A DNA stretch of 64,000 nucleotides from assembly GCA_963800495.1 (NCBI GenBank), contig CAWDBB010000004.1, positions 194,741 to 258,740 of the forward strand, given 5' to 3'. Origin of the DNA: Candidatus Bathyarchaeota archaeon. Lineage in GTDB: Archaea; Thermoproteota; Bathyarchaeia; Bathyarchaeales; Bathycorpusculaceae. Both the position numbers and the translations under genes were made by a program. The notes below the pieces were generated by a model. It had not been told where the DNA came from. It made no database searches and saw nothing but the letters and a program-made list of their open reading frames with translations. Numbering within the stretch: position 1 is the first letter of the stretch; the number at the start of each line of letters is the position of its first letter. Below, piece after piece: positions 19,726 to 29,390 of this stretch.

Positions 19726-19970
19726 ACGAGTTCGCCTATTAGCTTAACTCTAGCGAACGTTTCCTCGCGATGCGGCGCCATTTCAAGTTCTTCAGTTAAA
19801 TCTTTGCCGGCATCATGCATACCCATGTGGTCGCCTTCCATCCAGAAACTGCTATCTGTGACGTCGTAGACTTTGCCTTGATGTACAATGTAGGCTGGCT
19901 TACCATTTTTTCCGTTATTTTCTTGTAGTTCTTGACGTGTTACTTTTTTTGGTTGTGACAAAAAATTCAC
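19722..19970 (-). CDS. Cytochrome b5-like heme/steroid-binding protein
   Basis: GKVYDVT, W..G.H...H.AGKDLT, APH. Confidence 0.88.
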   Translation of the reverse strand: MNFLSQPKKVTRQELQENNGKNGKPAYIVHQGKVYDVTDSSFWMEGDHMGMHDAGKDLTEELEMAPHREETFARVKLIGELV

Positions 19971-20030
19971 CTTTTCTTTAAGGTCTAAAAGTTTAAGGAT
20001 AGTTTTAAAGGTTTAGGGATTAGCTAAAAC

Positions 20031-21101
20031 CTAATTTCTTATGCTAGGGCTAGTTGATGACGAATAGATTGCGTTTATGTTGATGCTACCAAGATTTGTT
20101 CGGCAGTTTATTTCGATGTTGCTAGCTGCTGGGTAATTGTCAGATTGTATAGGTGATTGGTTGCCTGAAAAATGCTGTACATTCGGATGTATGCTTCCCA
20201 AGTTAGTTTGTGAAACGATTTTGGCTCCAACAGCGCCATCGAGTTGTAAACCAACAGTGACGGAGCCCAAATCTGTGACAGAGTTTATCTGAAGATTTCC
20301 CTGAAGCGTCTTGGTTTGAGTTATGTCCATGTTTATGGAGCCAGCGTTTGAGTGCAATTCAACTGTCTGGTTGCCTAAAACATTCGCTTGGTTGGACCCA
20401 AAGTATACTGTTCCAGCTTGAGTTTGGAGGGTAAAGTTTCCTGAGATTGTGGCGTTTTGCAGGGTTGCTTCAACAGCTCCCGCATTCGTATGAAGGTTCA
20501 GTGATTGAAAAGTTGCAGGTGTCTGGGAGGTTAAGGTGATTTTTCCTGTTTGAGTAGTGACGTTAAGGTTTAGGTTTAAAGCGGGGTTAACATAGACAGT
20601 GCAGATTACATGGCGATTGCTAATGAAGGAGCCGGTTGTGTCGGTTACTTTTGTGTTGACAGTCAACACATTGTTTTCTGTATCGTTAGAAAAAGTTACA
20701 GTGACGAAGTTGGTTGAGCCGAAGATGCTTCTGGACCCTGTTGCTGAAGTAGAGATCAAGATGTTTTGATCATTTATTTTTTGGGTTATGATGTTGACTT
20801 GGGCCGAATCAGCTTGCAAATTTAAGTTTAACGTGTCAACGTTAGGATGGCTATCCTGATTGGTTTGATCAAAATTCAACGTTGAGGCAGGAGCAAAAAG
20901 TATAGCACTCACAATAACCGCTGATATCAACAGGACAATTAACACGATGGCAGCTATCACGAACGGCTCTTTTCTTATTGGCCGAACAGGTTTTATTGGC
21001 GCTGCAGGAACGGGAATAAAAACTGCGACTGGGGTTCCGCATTTATGGCAGAAATGTGCGTCTTCGTCAAGTTTGGTTCCGCATCTTCTACAATAGGGCA
21101 C
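20031..21101 (-). CDS. Zn-ribbon + TM + DUF4097-like beta-solenoid membrane-anchored protein
   Basis: YCRRCG...FCHKCG, one TM helix, repeated T.xG.I beta repeats. Confidence 0.75.
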   Translation of the reverse strand: MPYCRRCGTKLDEDAHFCHKCGTPVAVFIPVPAAPIKPVRPIRKEPFVIAAIVLIVLLISAVIVSAILFAPASTLNFDQTNQDSHPNVDTLNLNLQADSAQVNIITQKINDQNILISTSATGSRSIFGSTNFVTVTFSNDTENNVLTVNTKVTDTTGSFISNRHVICTVYVNPALNLNLNVTTQTGKITLTSQTPATFQSLNLHTNAGAVEATLQNATISGNFTLQTQAGTVYFGSNQANVLGNQTVELHSNAGSINMDITQTKTLQGNLQINSVTDLGSVTVGLQLDGAVGAKIVSQTNLGSIHPNVQHFSGNQSPIQSDNYPAASNIEINCRTNLGSININAIYSSSTSPSIRN

Positions 21102-21266
21102 TGTGAGTCCTCAATTACAGGGTATCATGCCTTGGAAATTTAAGGCTTACCAAAATCATGGCTGATTTTATTGATAACTTTGCAATGGCGACCTACTCCT
21201 CAAATAATTCATGCTCAGAACATCGGTTAAGATCCAAATATTCGGGTTAATGCGAATACTTTTTGT

Positions 21267-22175
21267 TTGCCCATCGCTCATCTAATAGTAAGTGACCGTT
21301 TGGTGCCGTTGATTTCGAGCTTTGACCCTTGGCGTTCAGGCCTCTGCACATGCCCGCCTAAGCTAACGTTTAACCCTTACACGGGATGCGACCATAAATG
21401 CACTTACTGCTACGCGTCGAGCTACATCCCAAACTTCAAAGAATGCCACCCAAAAAAAGATGTTCTCCCCATGCTCAAACGCGAAGCATCCAAACTCAAA
21501 GGCGAAACTATCTCCATCGCCAACTCATCCGACCCTTACCCCCGTACCGAAGCTACTGAAGGCTTGACGCGGCGGTGCCTTGAAATCTTGGCTGAAAGCA
21601 ACTGCAAAATTCAAATCATTACCAAAAGCAACCTTGTAACCCGAGACGACGATCTCCTAAGTAAGGTTCCAGCAACGGTTGCATTAACGATAACCACTGA
21701 TGACGATAATTTGGCAAAAGTTATTGAGCCATTCGCCCCTTCGCCTTCCCAGCGTCTAAGAGCGGCTCAGGACTTAATCAAAGCAGGAATCCCAGTTTTA
21801 GTGAGAATAGACCCAATAATTCCCTCAGTAAATGACCAGCCGCAAAAACTCATCTCAACCCTCGCCAGCATTGGCGTCAAACACGTAACCTGCTCAACCT
21901 ACAAGGCTAAAGCGGACAATTGGATGCGGCTCTCGCAAGCGCTACCCAAAGTAGTTGAACAGCTTAAACCGCTCTACTTTGTACAGGGCGAAAGAATAGG
22001 TGGCAGTGCACTTTTGCCCAAAGAGCTAAGATACAAAATCCTCAAAGCAATCCGAGATTTTGCTGAAACTAATGGAATGAAGTTTGGGGTTTGTCGCGAA
22101 GGCTTAACCCAACTAAACACTGCAACATGCGACGGCTCATGGCTTATGCCCAAGCCGAAAGGAGGTTTAGGCTGA
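21267..22175 (+). CDS. Radical SAM protein, SplB/Rv2578c-like family
   Basis: NPYTGCDHKCTYCYA, SSDPYP..E, ITKS, IEP.APSP..RL, RIDPIIP. Confidence 0.88.
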   Translation: MPIAHLIVSDRLVPLISSFDPWRSGLCTCPPKLTFNPYTGCDHKCTYCYASSYIPNFKECHPKKDVLPMLKREASKLKGETISIANSSDPYPRTEATEGLTRRCLEILAESNCKIQIITKSNLVTRDDDLLSKVPATVALTITTDDDNLAKVIEPFAPSPSQRLRAAQDLIKAGIPVLVRIDPIIPSVNDQPQKLISTLASIGVKHVTCSTYKAKADNWMRLSQALPKVVEQLKPLYFVQGERIGGSALLPKELRYKILKAIRDFAETNGMKFGVCREGLTQLNTATCDGSWLMPKPKGGLG

Positions 22176-23275
22176 TGCAGACCCGCGTAATAATGCTGGC
22201 AGACTTTGACTACTTCTTTGCCCAATGCGAGGAGCTCCGAAACCCAACCATAAAAGAAAAACCTGTCGTTGTCGGCGTTTATTCGGGACGCACTGAAGAG
22301 AGCGGTGCAGTCAGCACAAGCAACTACATTGCTCGCAAATACGGCGTCAAATCTGGGATGCCACTTTTTCTTGCAAAGCGCAAACTGGAAGGCACCGAGG
22401 CTGTTTTCTTTAAAGTTGACCATGAATACTATGATCAAATCAGTGACCTCATTATGCAGATTTTCCGTGGCTACGCCAGTAGTCTTGAGCAGGTCAGCGT
22501 TGATGAGGCTTATTTGGATGTTACCGAGCAAGTTGAAGGAAGCTTTGAGAAGGCAAAGGATTATGCCCAGAAAATTAAATGTGACGTCAAAAACCAAGTC
22601 GGAATTTCCTTCACCATAGGCGTTGGACCAAACAAGCTCATTGCAAAAATTGCGTGTGACAACCAAAAACCCGACGGCTTAACCGCCGTCAAACCCGAAG
22701 AAGCGCAGGCTTTCCTTGAACCGTTGGATGTTGACCGCCTTTTAGGGGTCGGCAAGAAAACCTACATCAGGATGACAGAGTTGGGCATAAAAACTATCGG
22801 CGACTTAGCCAAATATGATTGTCAAAGGCTCATCGAAATTTTCGGCAAAGTCTTAGGTATCTATTTCCACAACTCCGCTAACGCAGTTGACAATGAACCC
22901 GTTCAAGAACAGGGTGAAGCAGAATCAATCAGCCGCATCGGCACTCTAAAACAAGACACACGCGACTTAGAATTCATCTTGCAAAAAACTGACGAACTAA
23001 CCGAATACGTTGCAAAAGAGGCTAATGAGAAAGGCTTGAGCTTCAAACTGGTGTCGATTTATGTAGTTAATGTGGATTTAAGCAGTAAAAGCCGTTCCAT
23101 AACCCTTGAGCAACCCGCCAAAGACAAAGAAACAATTAAGCGAAATGTCCGCAACCTCTTCGAGAAGTTCTTGGCTGAGTCGCACCTTGAAGTGCGCAGA
23201 GTTGGCGTTAGAGTCGCTGGCTTTAGCAAAGAAGAACCAAGACAAAAGCAGCTGACAAGTTTTTTCCAATCTTAG
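22175..23275 (+). CDS. dinB: DNA polymerase IV (Y family)
   Basis: DFDYFFAQ, SNYIARKYGVKSGM, SVDEAYLD, KLIAKIA...KPDG, C-terminal PIP box QKQLTSFF; TGATG coupling to the radical SAM gene. Confidence 0.95.
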   Translation: MQTRVIMLADFDYFFAQCEELRNPTIKEKPVVVGVYSGRTEESGAVSTSNYIARKYGVKSGMPLFLAKRKLEGTEAVFFKVDHEYYDQISDLIMQIFRGYASSLEQVSVDEAYLDVTEQVEGSFEKAKDYAQKIKCDVKNQVGISFTIGVGPNKLIAKIACDNQKPDGLTAVKPEEAQAFLEPLDVDRLLGVGKKTYIRMTELGIKTIGDLAKYDCQRLIEIFGKVLGIYFHNSANAVDNEPVQEQGEAESISRIGTLKQDTRDLEFILQKTDELTEYVAKEANEKGLSFKLVSIYVVNVDLSSKSRSITLEQPAKDKETIKRNVRNLFEKFLAESHLEVRRVGVRVAGFSKEEPRQKQLTSFFQS

Positions 23276-23318
23276 AGGTAAAGCAAACTTTTTCTTTCCC
23301 CAACACTTTAGGTAATTA

Positions 23319-23915
23319 GTGATGATTTTGTCTTCGAACAAACAAAGGTTGCCGCCTGACCAGCAGGTTACAGACAGAATTTTGCGTTGGGGTACTGACC
23401 ACCCTGGAATAACTTCAATCAACCCGCAAGTTAAGCTTGAAACTTACACATTAACCGTTACCGGCGAAGTCGAAAACCCCACAAAACTCAGCTGGACTGA
23501 TTTTATGGAGCTACCTAAAACGGTTTCGGTTAGCGATTTTCATTGTGTCGAGGGCTGGAGCGTGTTGGATTGCAAGTGGGAGGGGGTGAAAATCAAAGAA
23601 ATCGAAAAACTCGTCAAACCCAAAGAGGTAGCACGTGCAGTTACTTTTGAGTGTGCAGACAACTACACGACTTCACTTTTTAGAGAGGAGCTTGCTGGTG
23701 ATGACGTACTATTAGCTTACAAACTTAATTGTGAGGCTTTGGACGAAGGGCTGGGTTTTCCTGTGCGCCTTATCGTGCCGAAAAAATATGCGTATAAGAG
23801 TGCTTTGTGGGTTGTTGGTTTGCGGTTTACTCGGACCAAGGAGCTTGGATTTTGGGAGCGACGAGGGTACAGCGACAGCGCGGACGTTTGGAAAAATGAT
23901 CGTTACAGGCGTTAA
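23319..23915 (+). CDS. Molybdopterin-dependent oxidoreductase (sulfite oxidase/MsrP-like)
   Basis: LPP.Q, DFHCVEGWS, WEGV, GFPVRLIVP..YAYKSA.W, GFWE.RGY. Confidence 0.9.
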   Translation: MMILSSNKQRLPPDQQVTDRILRWGTDHPGITSINPQVKLETYTLTVTGEVENPTKLSWTDFMELPKTVSVSDFHCVEGWSVLDCKWEGVKIKEIEKLVKPKEVARAVTFECADNYTTSLFREELAGDDVLLAYKLNCEALDEGLGFPVRLIVPKKYAYKSALWVVGLRFTRTKELGFWERRGYSDSADVWKNDRYRR

Positions 23916-24064
23916 CTTGAGAGATCTGTTTTGATTTAGTCATCCGCTGGATCGTTTTATTTGATATAATAAGTATATAGTCTCTATTGAACAGTTTTAA
24001 AAGCACGGTAACATTTATAAGCATAATCTAACAACTCAGTTGGCTCTTTAAGAGGTTGAAAAAT

Positions 24065-24214
24065 ATGCCACAGAAAAGTGAAGTAAGGCAACGATCAAAA
24101 AGCCAAGTAACCGTTGAAACTACGGTTGCCTTAGCTAACATCAGCAGTTCGAACGTGCCTTCACAGAAACAAAAAGAAGACGCTAAACAAATTTTATACT
24201 TCAACAGAATATAA
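24065..24214 (+). CDS. Possible small protein (49 aa), not in ORF track
   Basis: MPQKSEVRQRSKSQVTVETTVALANISSSNVPSQKQKEDAKQILYFNRI, preceded by TTTATAA and GAGGTTGA. Confidence 0.4.
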   Translation: MPQKSEVRQRSKSQVTVETTVALANISSSNVPSQKQKEDAKQILYFNRI

Positions 24215-24302
24215 ATTCTCAAAAGTTTCCTAAAAGAACACTTTTGCCAAGTTTAATTCTTTTATATTTGACTCTCTCCGTTTTAACCCAGAGGCTAAAC
24301 CC

Positions 24303-24749
24303 TTGAATTACACCGAAGCAAACCTAGGAAGAATCTTCATACTAAGACTCCAACCAACCGAAACCCTTCACGTGGAATTAGAAAAATTCGCAGCTGAAAA
24401 ACAAATCCAAAGCGCCCTCTGCTTCTTTCTCGGAGGCGCTCAAGACAAAAGCAAAGTCGTCGTTGGCCCAAAAGACGGTGACGCAGCAACCATTGAACCA
24501 ATGGTTACTCTTTTGAAGGGTGTGCATGAGGGCTACGGTGTAGGCACAATCTTCACCGATGAAACAGGAGTGCCAAAGTTGCATATGCATGCGAGTTTTG
24601 GAAGAAACGACAACACAGTTACAGGTTGCGTTCGAGTAGGCGTTAATATTTGGTTAATAGGCGAAGTGGTTATTCTCGAATTAGCTGGAAATTCCGCTAA
24701 ACGATTAAGAGATAAAGCAACTGGTTTTGAATTACTCGAAACAAAATAG
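24303..24749 (+). CDS. PPC/DUF296 domain protein
   Basis: GRIFILRL, GVGTIF, LHMHASFG, EVVILEL. Confidence 0.85.
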   Translation: MNYTEANLGRIFILRLQPTETLHVELEKFAAEKQIQSALCFFLGGAQDKSKVVVGPKDGDAATIEPMVTLLKGVHEGYGVGTIFTDETGVPKLHMHASFGRNDNTVTGCVRVGVNIWLIGEVVILELAGNSAKRLRDKATGFELLETK

Positions 24750-24752
24750 TCC

Positions 24753-26459
24753 TTACCCTAAAAAGCGAACAAGGAAGATCCTGTATCCCATGTTACCATA
24801 GAAGTCGCCCCAGAATGGCTGGTCCTGTGGATCACCGAAACGACCCGTCTGGTAAATCATGTTTTCAACTTGGGTGTAGTCAAGTGTTGTGTTGAAGAAT
24901 TGGGTGTGGATTCCGTAGTCAAAGAGTATAATGTATTTGACGTTTCGTTCTTGGCAGAGATTTACGAATTGGGTAATGTTAAAGTTAGGTGTAAAAGAGT
25001 CAACAGGCAAAGCGGGGTATTGCCAAATTTGGTCACTTGACATGTTTGCAGGCGTATAAAAGCGGAACATATCTTGACTGAGAAGGTTGAAACTGCAAAC
25101 TAAAACAGCGGATTGGTTTTGATCAAGATGGGTCGCCAAGTATGAGGTGGCTTCTTGGATTGGAATGTGAATTTGGTCCCGGACAGTCATCTGATAAGAA
25201 TTATAGCTTGCATAAGCAACTGCACCTCCGATTATAGCAATGAAACCGACAGCAGCCAGCTTTTTTAAGCGATCAGCTTTAATGCCCACACGCGGGACCT
25301 TCCACGCCCGAACTCTACCATAGAGAAACATTATGAAACATGCAGCGGAGATTGCCAAAATCGGGAAAAGCGGAGTCACATAACGCCATTGCCTATTGGG
25401 AATAAAGGTGAAGAAAACATAAATAACCAAAAACCAGGTTAAGAAGAAGATGTCTTGTTTTTTTCTCCGGAAAGCAAATAACCCCAAGCCACACAAACCC
25501 AAAATCATAATTGGAAGCGAAATCGGGTTCACGGGAATGTCATTGAAGGGCCAAGTCATCTCTACCAAGTAAAAGACGGGTATAGGTTGGAATCGGTTGC
25601 TGTAAGCTGGGCGATCTTGTCCGCCTTCAGTCATTACGTATTGGAGGGTTTGAAATTTTGTTATGCCGTCATATTGGTAGACCATTAAAACCCATGGTGC
25701 CACAACCAAAGCCACTATAACGATAATCAACAGATACTTTGCCAAATTGATCTTTAGTCGTTTTCGGCACAAAAACAGGATACTGAGCAGCATAGCTATG
25801 GCGGCGACTATGAGCTGATACTTCGCTAAGACACCAATACCTAAAGCAACACCTGTGAAAATAAGTGTCTTGTAACTATCTTTGATTATCCACGAATAAA
25901 ACCCAAACATAACAAGCGTGAAGAAAAATATGAGCATAGTTTCTATCATGGTTACTCTGGAAAGCCAAAAGAACCCAGGCATTGTGCCCAAAAGGATGCT
26001 TGCGATTAACGCGTTTTTTGTTCCGTAGGTTTTTTTGGTGAGCTCGTAGAGAATCCAAATTGCCAAAACCGAAAACGTTACTGCAACCAATCGTCCAGCA
26101 ACCTGGGTTGCTCCAAAAATCTGTATATACAAAACTGTAAAGAAATCAAAGACCGGCGGGTAATAGCCGTAAGTGGTCATGTAATTCCATGTTTGTCCAT
26201 GGATAAGCATTAAGGCGCCGTTAAGGTGGGGCATTTCATCCCATTGAACCGACATGTAGCCTAGATTGTAAAGGGCGGAAATGGTGAAGATAATTAAGAA
26301 AACCAACAACGCCAATATGTACTGATGTTTTTTTGCGAACATTAGCTTACCATTCGGTGGTAGCTGTTCGCTGGTTTTGGCGGTTTGGGTGATGTTTAGC
26401 GACCCCTTTTTAGAGTGAGAATTAGTAGTGGCATCTAAAAAGAGTTTGCAATAGCCCAA
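24753..26459 (-). CDS. GT-C fold glycosyltransferase (ArnT/PMT, family 39-like)
   Basis: WDE, YPP, GRL, multiple TMs, AKY, RY..PL.P; true start probably ~26342. Confidence 0.85.
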   Translation of the reverse strand: MGYCKLFLDATTNSHSKKGSLNITQTAKTSEQLPPNGKLMFAKKHQYILALLVFLIIFTISALYNLGYMSVQWDEMPHLNGALMLIHGQTWNYMTTYGYYPPVFDFFTVLYIQIFGATQVAGRLVAVTFSVLAIWILYELTKKTYGTKNALIASILLGTMPGFFWLSRVTMIETMLIFFFTLVMFGFYSWIIKDSYKTLIFTGVALGIGVLAKYQLIVAAIAMLLSILFLCRKRLKINLAKYLLIIVIVALVVAPWVLMVYQYDGITKFQTLQYVMTEGGQDRPAYSNRFQPIPVFYLVEMTWPFNDIPVNPISLPIMILGLCGLGLFAFRRKKQDIFFLTWFLVIYVFFTFIPNRQWRYVTPLFPILAISAACFIMFLYGRVRAWKVPRVGIKADRLKKLAAVGFIAIIGGAVAYASYNSYQMTVRDQIHIPIQEATSYLATHLDQNQSAVLVCSFNLLSQDMFRFYTPANMSSDQIWQYPALPVDSFTPNFNITQFVNLCQERNVKYIILFDYGIHTQFFNTTLDYTQVENMIYQTGRFGDPQDQPFWGDFYGNMGYRIFLVRFLG

Positions 26460-26517
26460 AGAATTGTGCTACCAGATTTTTTGGGGAAATACACAATTCA
26501 TTTATGTTTAGAAACAT

Positions 26518-27276
26518 TTGTTTTTCCAGTTTAGAAAGGTCGAAAATGAATTGAAACGTTGGGTACCTAACAAAGAAATTTCAATCCTGCTGCCAGCATA
26601 CAACGAAGCGGCACAGATTGAAAAATGCGTGCAGGAAGTTGAAGCCGCCGTTAGGTCCTTTTCTAAATCCTACGAAATAATTGTGTCTGAAGACGGCAGC
26701 ACAGACGGAACAGAAGTCATTGTTTCAAAAATGGCTAAGTCCAATCCAAACCTTGTCCTGCTCCACTCAAGCTCTCGTTTAGGGAAAGGAAAAGCCATCA
26801 AAAACGCCCTCACTGCCTCTAAAGGCAAAATCATAACCTTCATGGATGTAGATTTAGCCGTTGACCTTGATTCTTTGCCAGCACTCTTAAAGGCAGTTAA
26901 AGCAAACGGTGGGATGGCAATTGGATCAAGACATATTAAAGGTTCAGTTGTTCAGCGGCGTGCCTCTAGATCAGTGTTCAGCTTAACCTACAACCTCTTC
27001 GTCAGGTTCCTTTTCCTCGATGGCATCCACGACCACCAATGTGGATTCAAAACCATGAGCCGTGAAGTTGCAGAAGTAGTTTTAAGCAACTCCAAATATG
27101 ATGGCTACTTCTTTGACACAGAAATGATTGTGCGCTGCAAACAACTTGGTTACCCCGTTGTAGAAGTCCCGGTGAGATGGGCTGAAAAAAACAAAGGTGG
27201 CTCTAAAGTTAGCCCAGTCAGAGACTCAAGAAAGATTGGTCGCGATATGCTGGCTTTCCGCCTCAACCGCAAATAG
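26518..27276 (+). CDS. GT2 dolichyl-phosphate hexosyltransferase
   Basis: LPAYNE, EDGSTDGT, GKGKA, DVD, GSR, DHQCGFK, FDTE. Confidence 0.9.
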   Translation: MFFQFRKVENELKRWVPNKEISILLPAYNEAAQIEKCVQEVEAAVRSFSKSYEIIVSEDGSTDGTEVIVSKMAKSNPNLVLLHSSSRLGKGKAIKNALTASKGKIITFMDVDLAVDLDSLPALLKAVKANGGMAIGSRHIKGSVVQRRASRSVFSLTYNLFVRFLFLDGIHDHQCGFKTMSREVAEVVLSNSKYDGYFFDTEMIVRCKQLGYPVVEVPVRWAEKNKGGSKVSPVRDSRKIGRDMLAFRLNRK

Positions 27277-27292
27277 CATCCAAAAAGTTTTT

Positions 27293-28024
27293 TTACCATT
27301 TGCCCGTTGAACCGCCGCCGCCTGAACGGCCTCCCCTTGTTTTACCCCCAAAGACCCCACCGAAAACCCCCACCAAAGCAAGCACAACAACTAGCCAAAG
27401 AGGCATACCGTAGAAATTGTAATCCCAAAACGGCGTTGAGGTAGCTGCTGGTTCAGAGGTGGCTTCATAGTAATAGTATCCTCTTACCGGCAGATTGTTT
27501 GGTTGATTACTAGATGGGATTTGTTCGCCTAACGCTACAACTGTGTCATATAGACCTTCGCCGTAGTTGCCGTCCTGAAAGGCGGGAATAAGATACTTTT
27601 GAGCAATCAGGTTTGTTTCGATGTCTGTTATGTCTCCTTCCAAGCCATAACCCACCTCGATTCGCCATTGTCGCTCATCTAAAGCAACCAAAACCAAAAT
27701 GCCATTGTCTTTTCCGCTCTTTCCAATTCCTGTTTGTGTTCCATCATATACATCCAGCGGCATGTTGTTGAAAACATAAACTCCAAGCTGAACGATGTCA
27801 TTGATTTCTTGTCCCGAATTATCCTTAATGCCATGTCCATAGAGAGACTGGAAAACGCAGACTACAATTTCGGCGGATGTGTTAGAGTCAACCCCGGAAG
27901 CATAGCCTTCTATACTATCCACCCAAGTAGAATCCACGATATCTGCTTTGACTGGAAAAACAAAAAGCGTCGGCGACAACATCAAAACAATAATGATGAG
28001 TGTGTAACCGCGTTTACTAAACAA
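27293..28024 (-). CDS. TPM domain protein
   Basis: GIGK.GKDNGILVLVA..ERQWRIEVGYGLEG, C-terminal TM and GGRSGGGGSTGKW. Confidence 0.9.
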   Translation of the reverse strand: MFSKRGYTLIIIVLMLSPTLFVFPVKADIVDSTWVDSIEGYASGVDSNTSAEIVVCVFQSLYGHGIKDNSGQEINDIVQLGVYVFNNMPLDVYDGTQTGIGKSGKDNGILVLVALDERQWRIEVGYGLEGDITDIETNLIAQKYLIPAFQDGNYGEGLYDTVVALGEQIPSSNQPNNLPVRGYYYYEATSEPAATSTPFWDYNFYGMPLWLVVVLALVGVFGGVFGGKTRGGRSGGGGSTGKW

Positions 28025-28044
28025 ATCTCTTCCTCAATAACCAC

Positions 28045-28626
28045 TTAAAGGTTCACAGGTGGCACCGCAGCTGAGCCAACTTGGGCTTGGAAGTATGATT
28101 TACTGTTATAGCCCCACCCTGTAGTCCATAGGTTTGCTGGGAAAACATGGATAGCTGTGTTGTAGCTTCTTACTGCATCGTTGAATCTTATGCGTTCGGT
28201 GGATATCCTGTTTTCTGTACCTTCCAAAGTAATCATCAAGGATTGCACGACATCTGAGGCCTGCAAATTAGGGTATGCTTCGAAAGTAACAACAAGTGAA
28301 GAAATTCCTGACTCCATTGCACTGGTAGCGCTGTTAATTGAGTCCAAATTTCCGCTTTTTTCAGCAGTCATCCATTGACTACGCAACGCTGTTATGTTTT
28401 GTAAAATTGAACCTTCATAGGTTATGTAAGCTTTGGCGGCATCCACAACGTTAGGAATTAAATCATATCTTCTTTGAAGCTGGACATCGACATTTGCCCA
28501 TGCATTATCCACTGAAGCGTTTAATCCGACAATGTTGTTGTAAGTGCTAAAATACAAACCTGCAAAACTTGCAACTAAAATAACAGCAACAATTACAACT
28601 GCCGCAATGATAATTTTACCCTTCAT
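28045..28626 (-). CDS. lemA: LemA family protein
   Basis: YN, AWANVDVQLQRRYDLIPN, EAYPNL, TENRI..ER..FN. Confidence 0.93.
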   Translation of the reverse strand: MKGKIIIAAVVIVAVILVASFAGLYFSTYNNIVGLNASVDNAWANVDVQLQRRYDLIPNVVDAAKAYITYEGSILQNITALRSQWMTAEKSGNLDSINSATSAMESGISSLVVTFEAYPNLQASDVVQSLMITLEGTENRISTERIRFNDAVRSYNTAIHVFPANLWTTGWGYNSKSYFQAQVGSAAVPPVNL

Positions 28627-28717
28627 AACTGCCTTCCCAACGCTAAATCAGGTTTTCTTTCATATATCTATTTTGTGTTCTGCTGATGAAAAGAACCTCA
28701 ATTATAAAAGAAGGATT

Positions 28718-29380
28718 CTAAATATTATCTGTTTTTTTAATCATCCGCTTTATCCTTTCAAGCTCCATTTGAAGGTTCAAAATGACAGGCACTGGTTGAC
28801 CGAAAGCTTGGCAATGTCCATCAACTATGGCTTTTACAATGGCTTCAACGCTGGGCTCAGCTACTTCAATAACGGTGAAACCATAGCCAATTTGAGGACC
28901 ATAATGAGCGTCGGTTCCCCCCACCATTGAGAGGTTGAGGCGTTCTGCCGTTTCGGTGGCTTTTTTGACGCTTCGCTTGAAAGGGAACGCTCGGGCATTT
29001 ATGATTTCTATTGCATCAAAGGTTTCGCAGACATTTTCGTTGAGGGAGCCTTTAAAGTAAACGTAGGGGTGGCATGCAATTGCGACTCCGCCTGCTTTAT
29101 GGATCCGATTGACAGTCTCAGGGGCGCTGTAGCCTCTGGGAATAATTTCCTTAACATTTAAAGCAACAATGTGACCGTCAAGACTGGAAACTTCCATACC
29201 GGGTATGACAAGGAAATCTGTCTCTTTGGCAATTTTGTAGGCACCTTCCAACTGATTGTGGTCAGTGACGGCAACCGCGTTCAACCCACGTTTTTTGGCA
29301 AAATAAATGAGGTCTTTTGGACTTATCAGTGAATCTTTTGAATAGGTTGTGTGAACGTGGAGGTCCGCTTTTATCTGCAT
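28718..29380 (-). CDS. PHP-domain metallophosphoesterase
   Basis: DLHVHT.YS.D, TDHN, GH, HP, GGTDAH. Confidence 0.9.
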   Translation of the reverse strand: MQIKADLHVHTTYSKDSLISPKDLIYFAKKRGLNAVAVTDHNQLEGAYKIAKETDFLVIPGMEVSSLDGHIVALNVKEIIPRGYSAPETVNRIHKAGGVAIACHPYVYFKGSLNENVCETFDAIEIINARAFPFKRSVKKATETAERLNLSMVGGTDAHYGPQIGYGFTVIEVAEPSVEAIVKAIVDGHCQAFGQPVPVILNLQMELERIKRMIKKTDNI

Positions 29381-29390
29381 TACATAGCCT

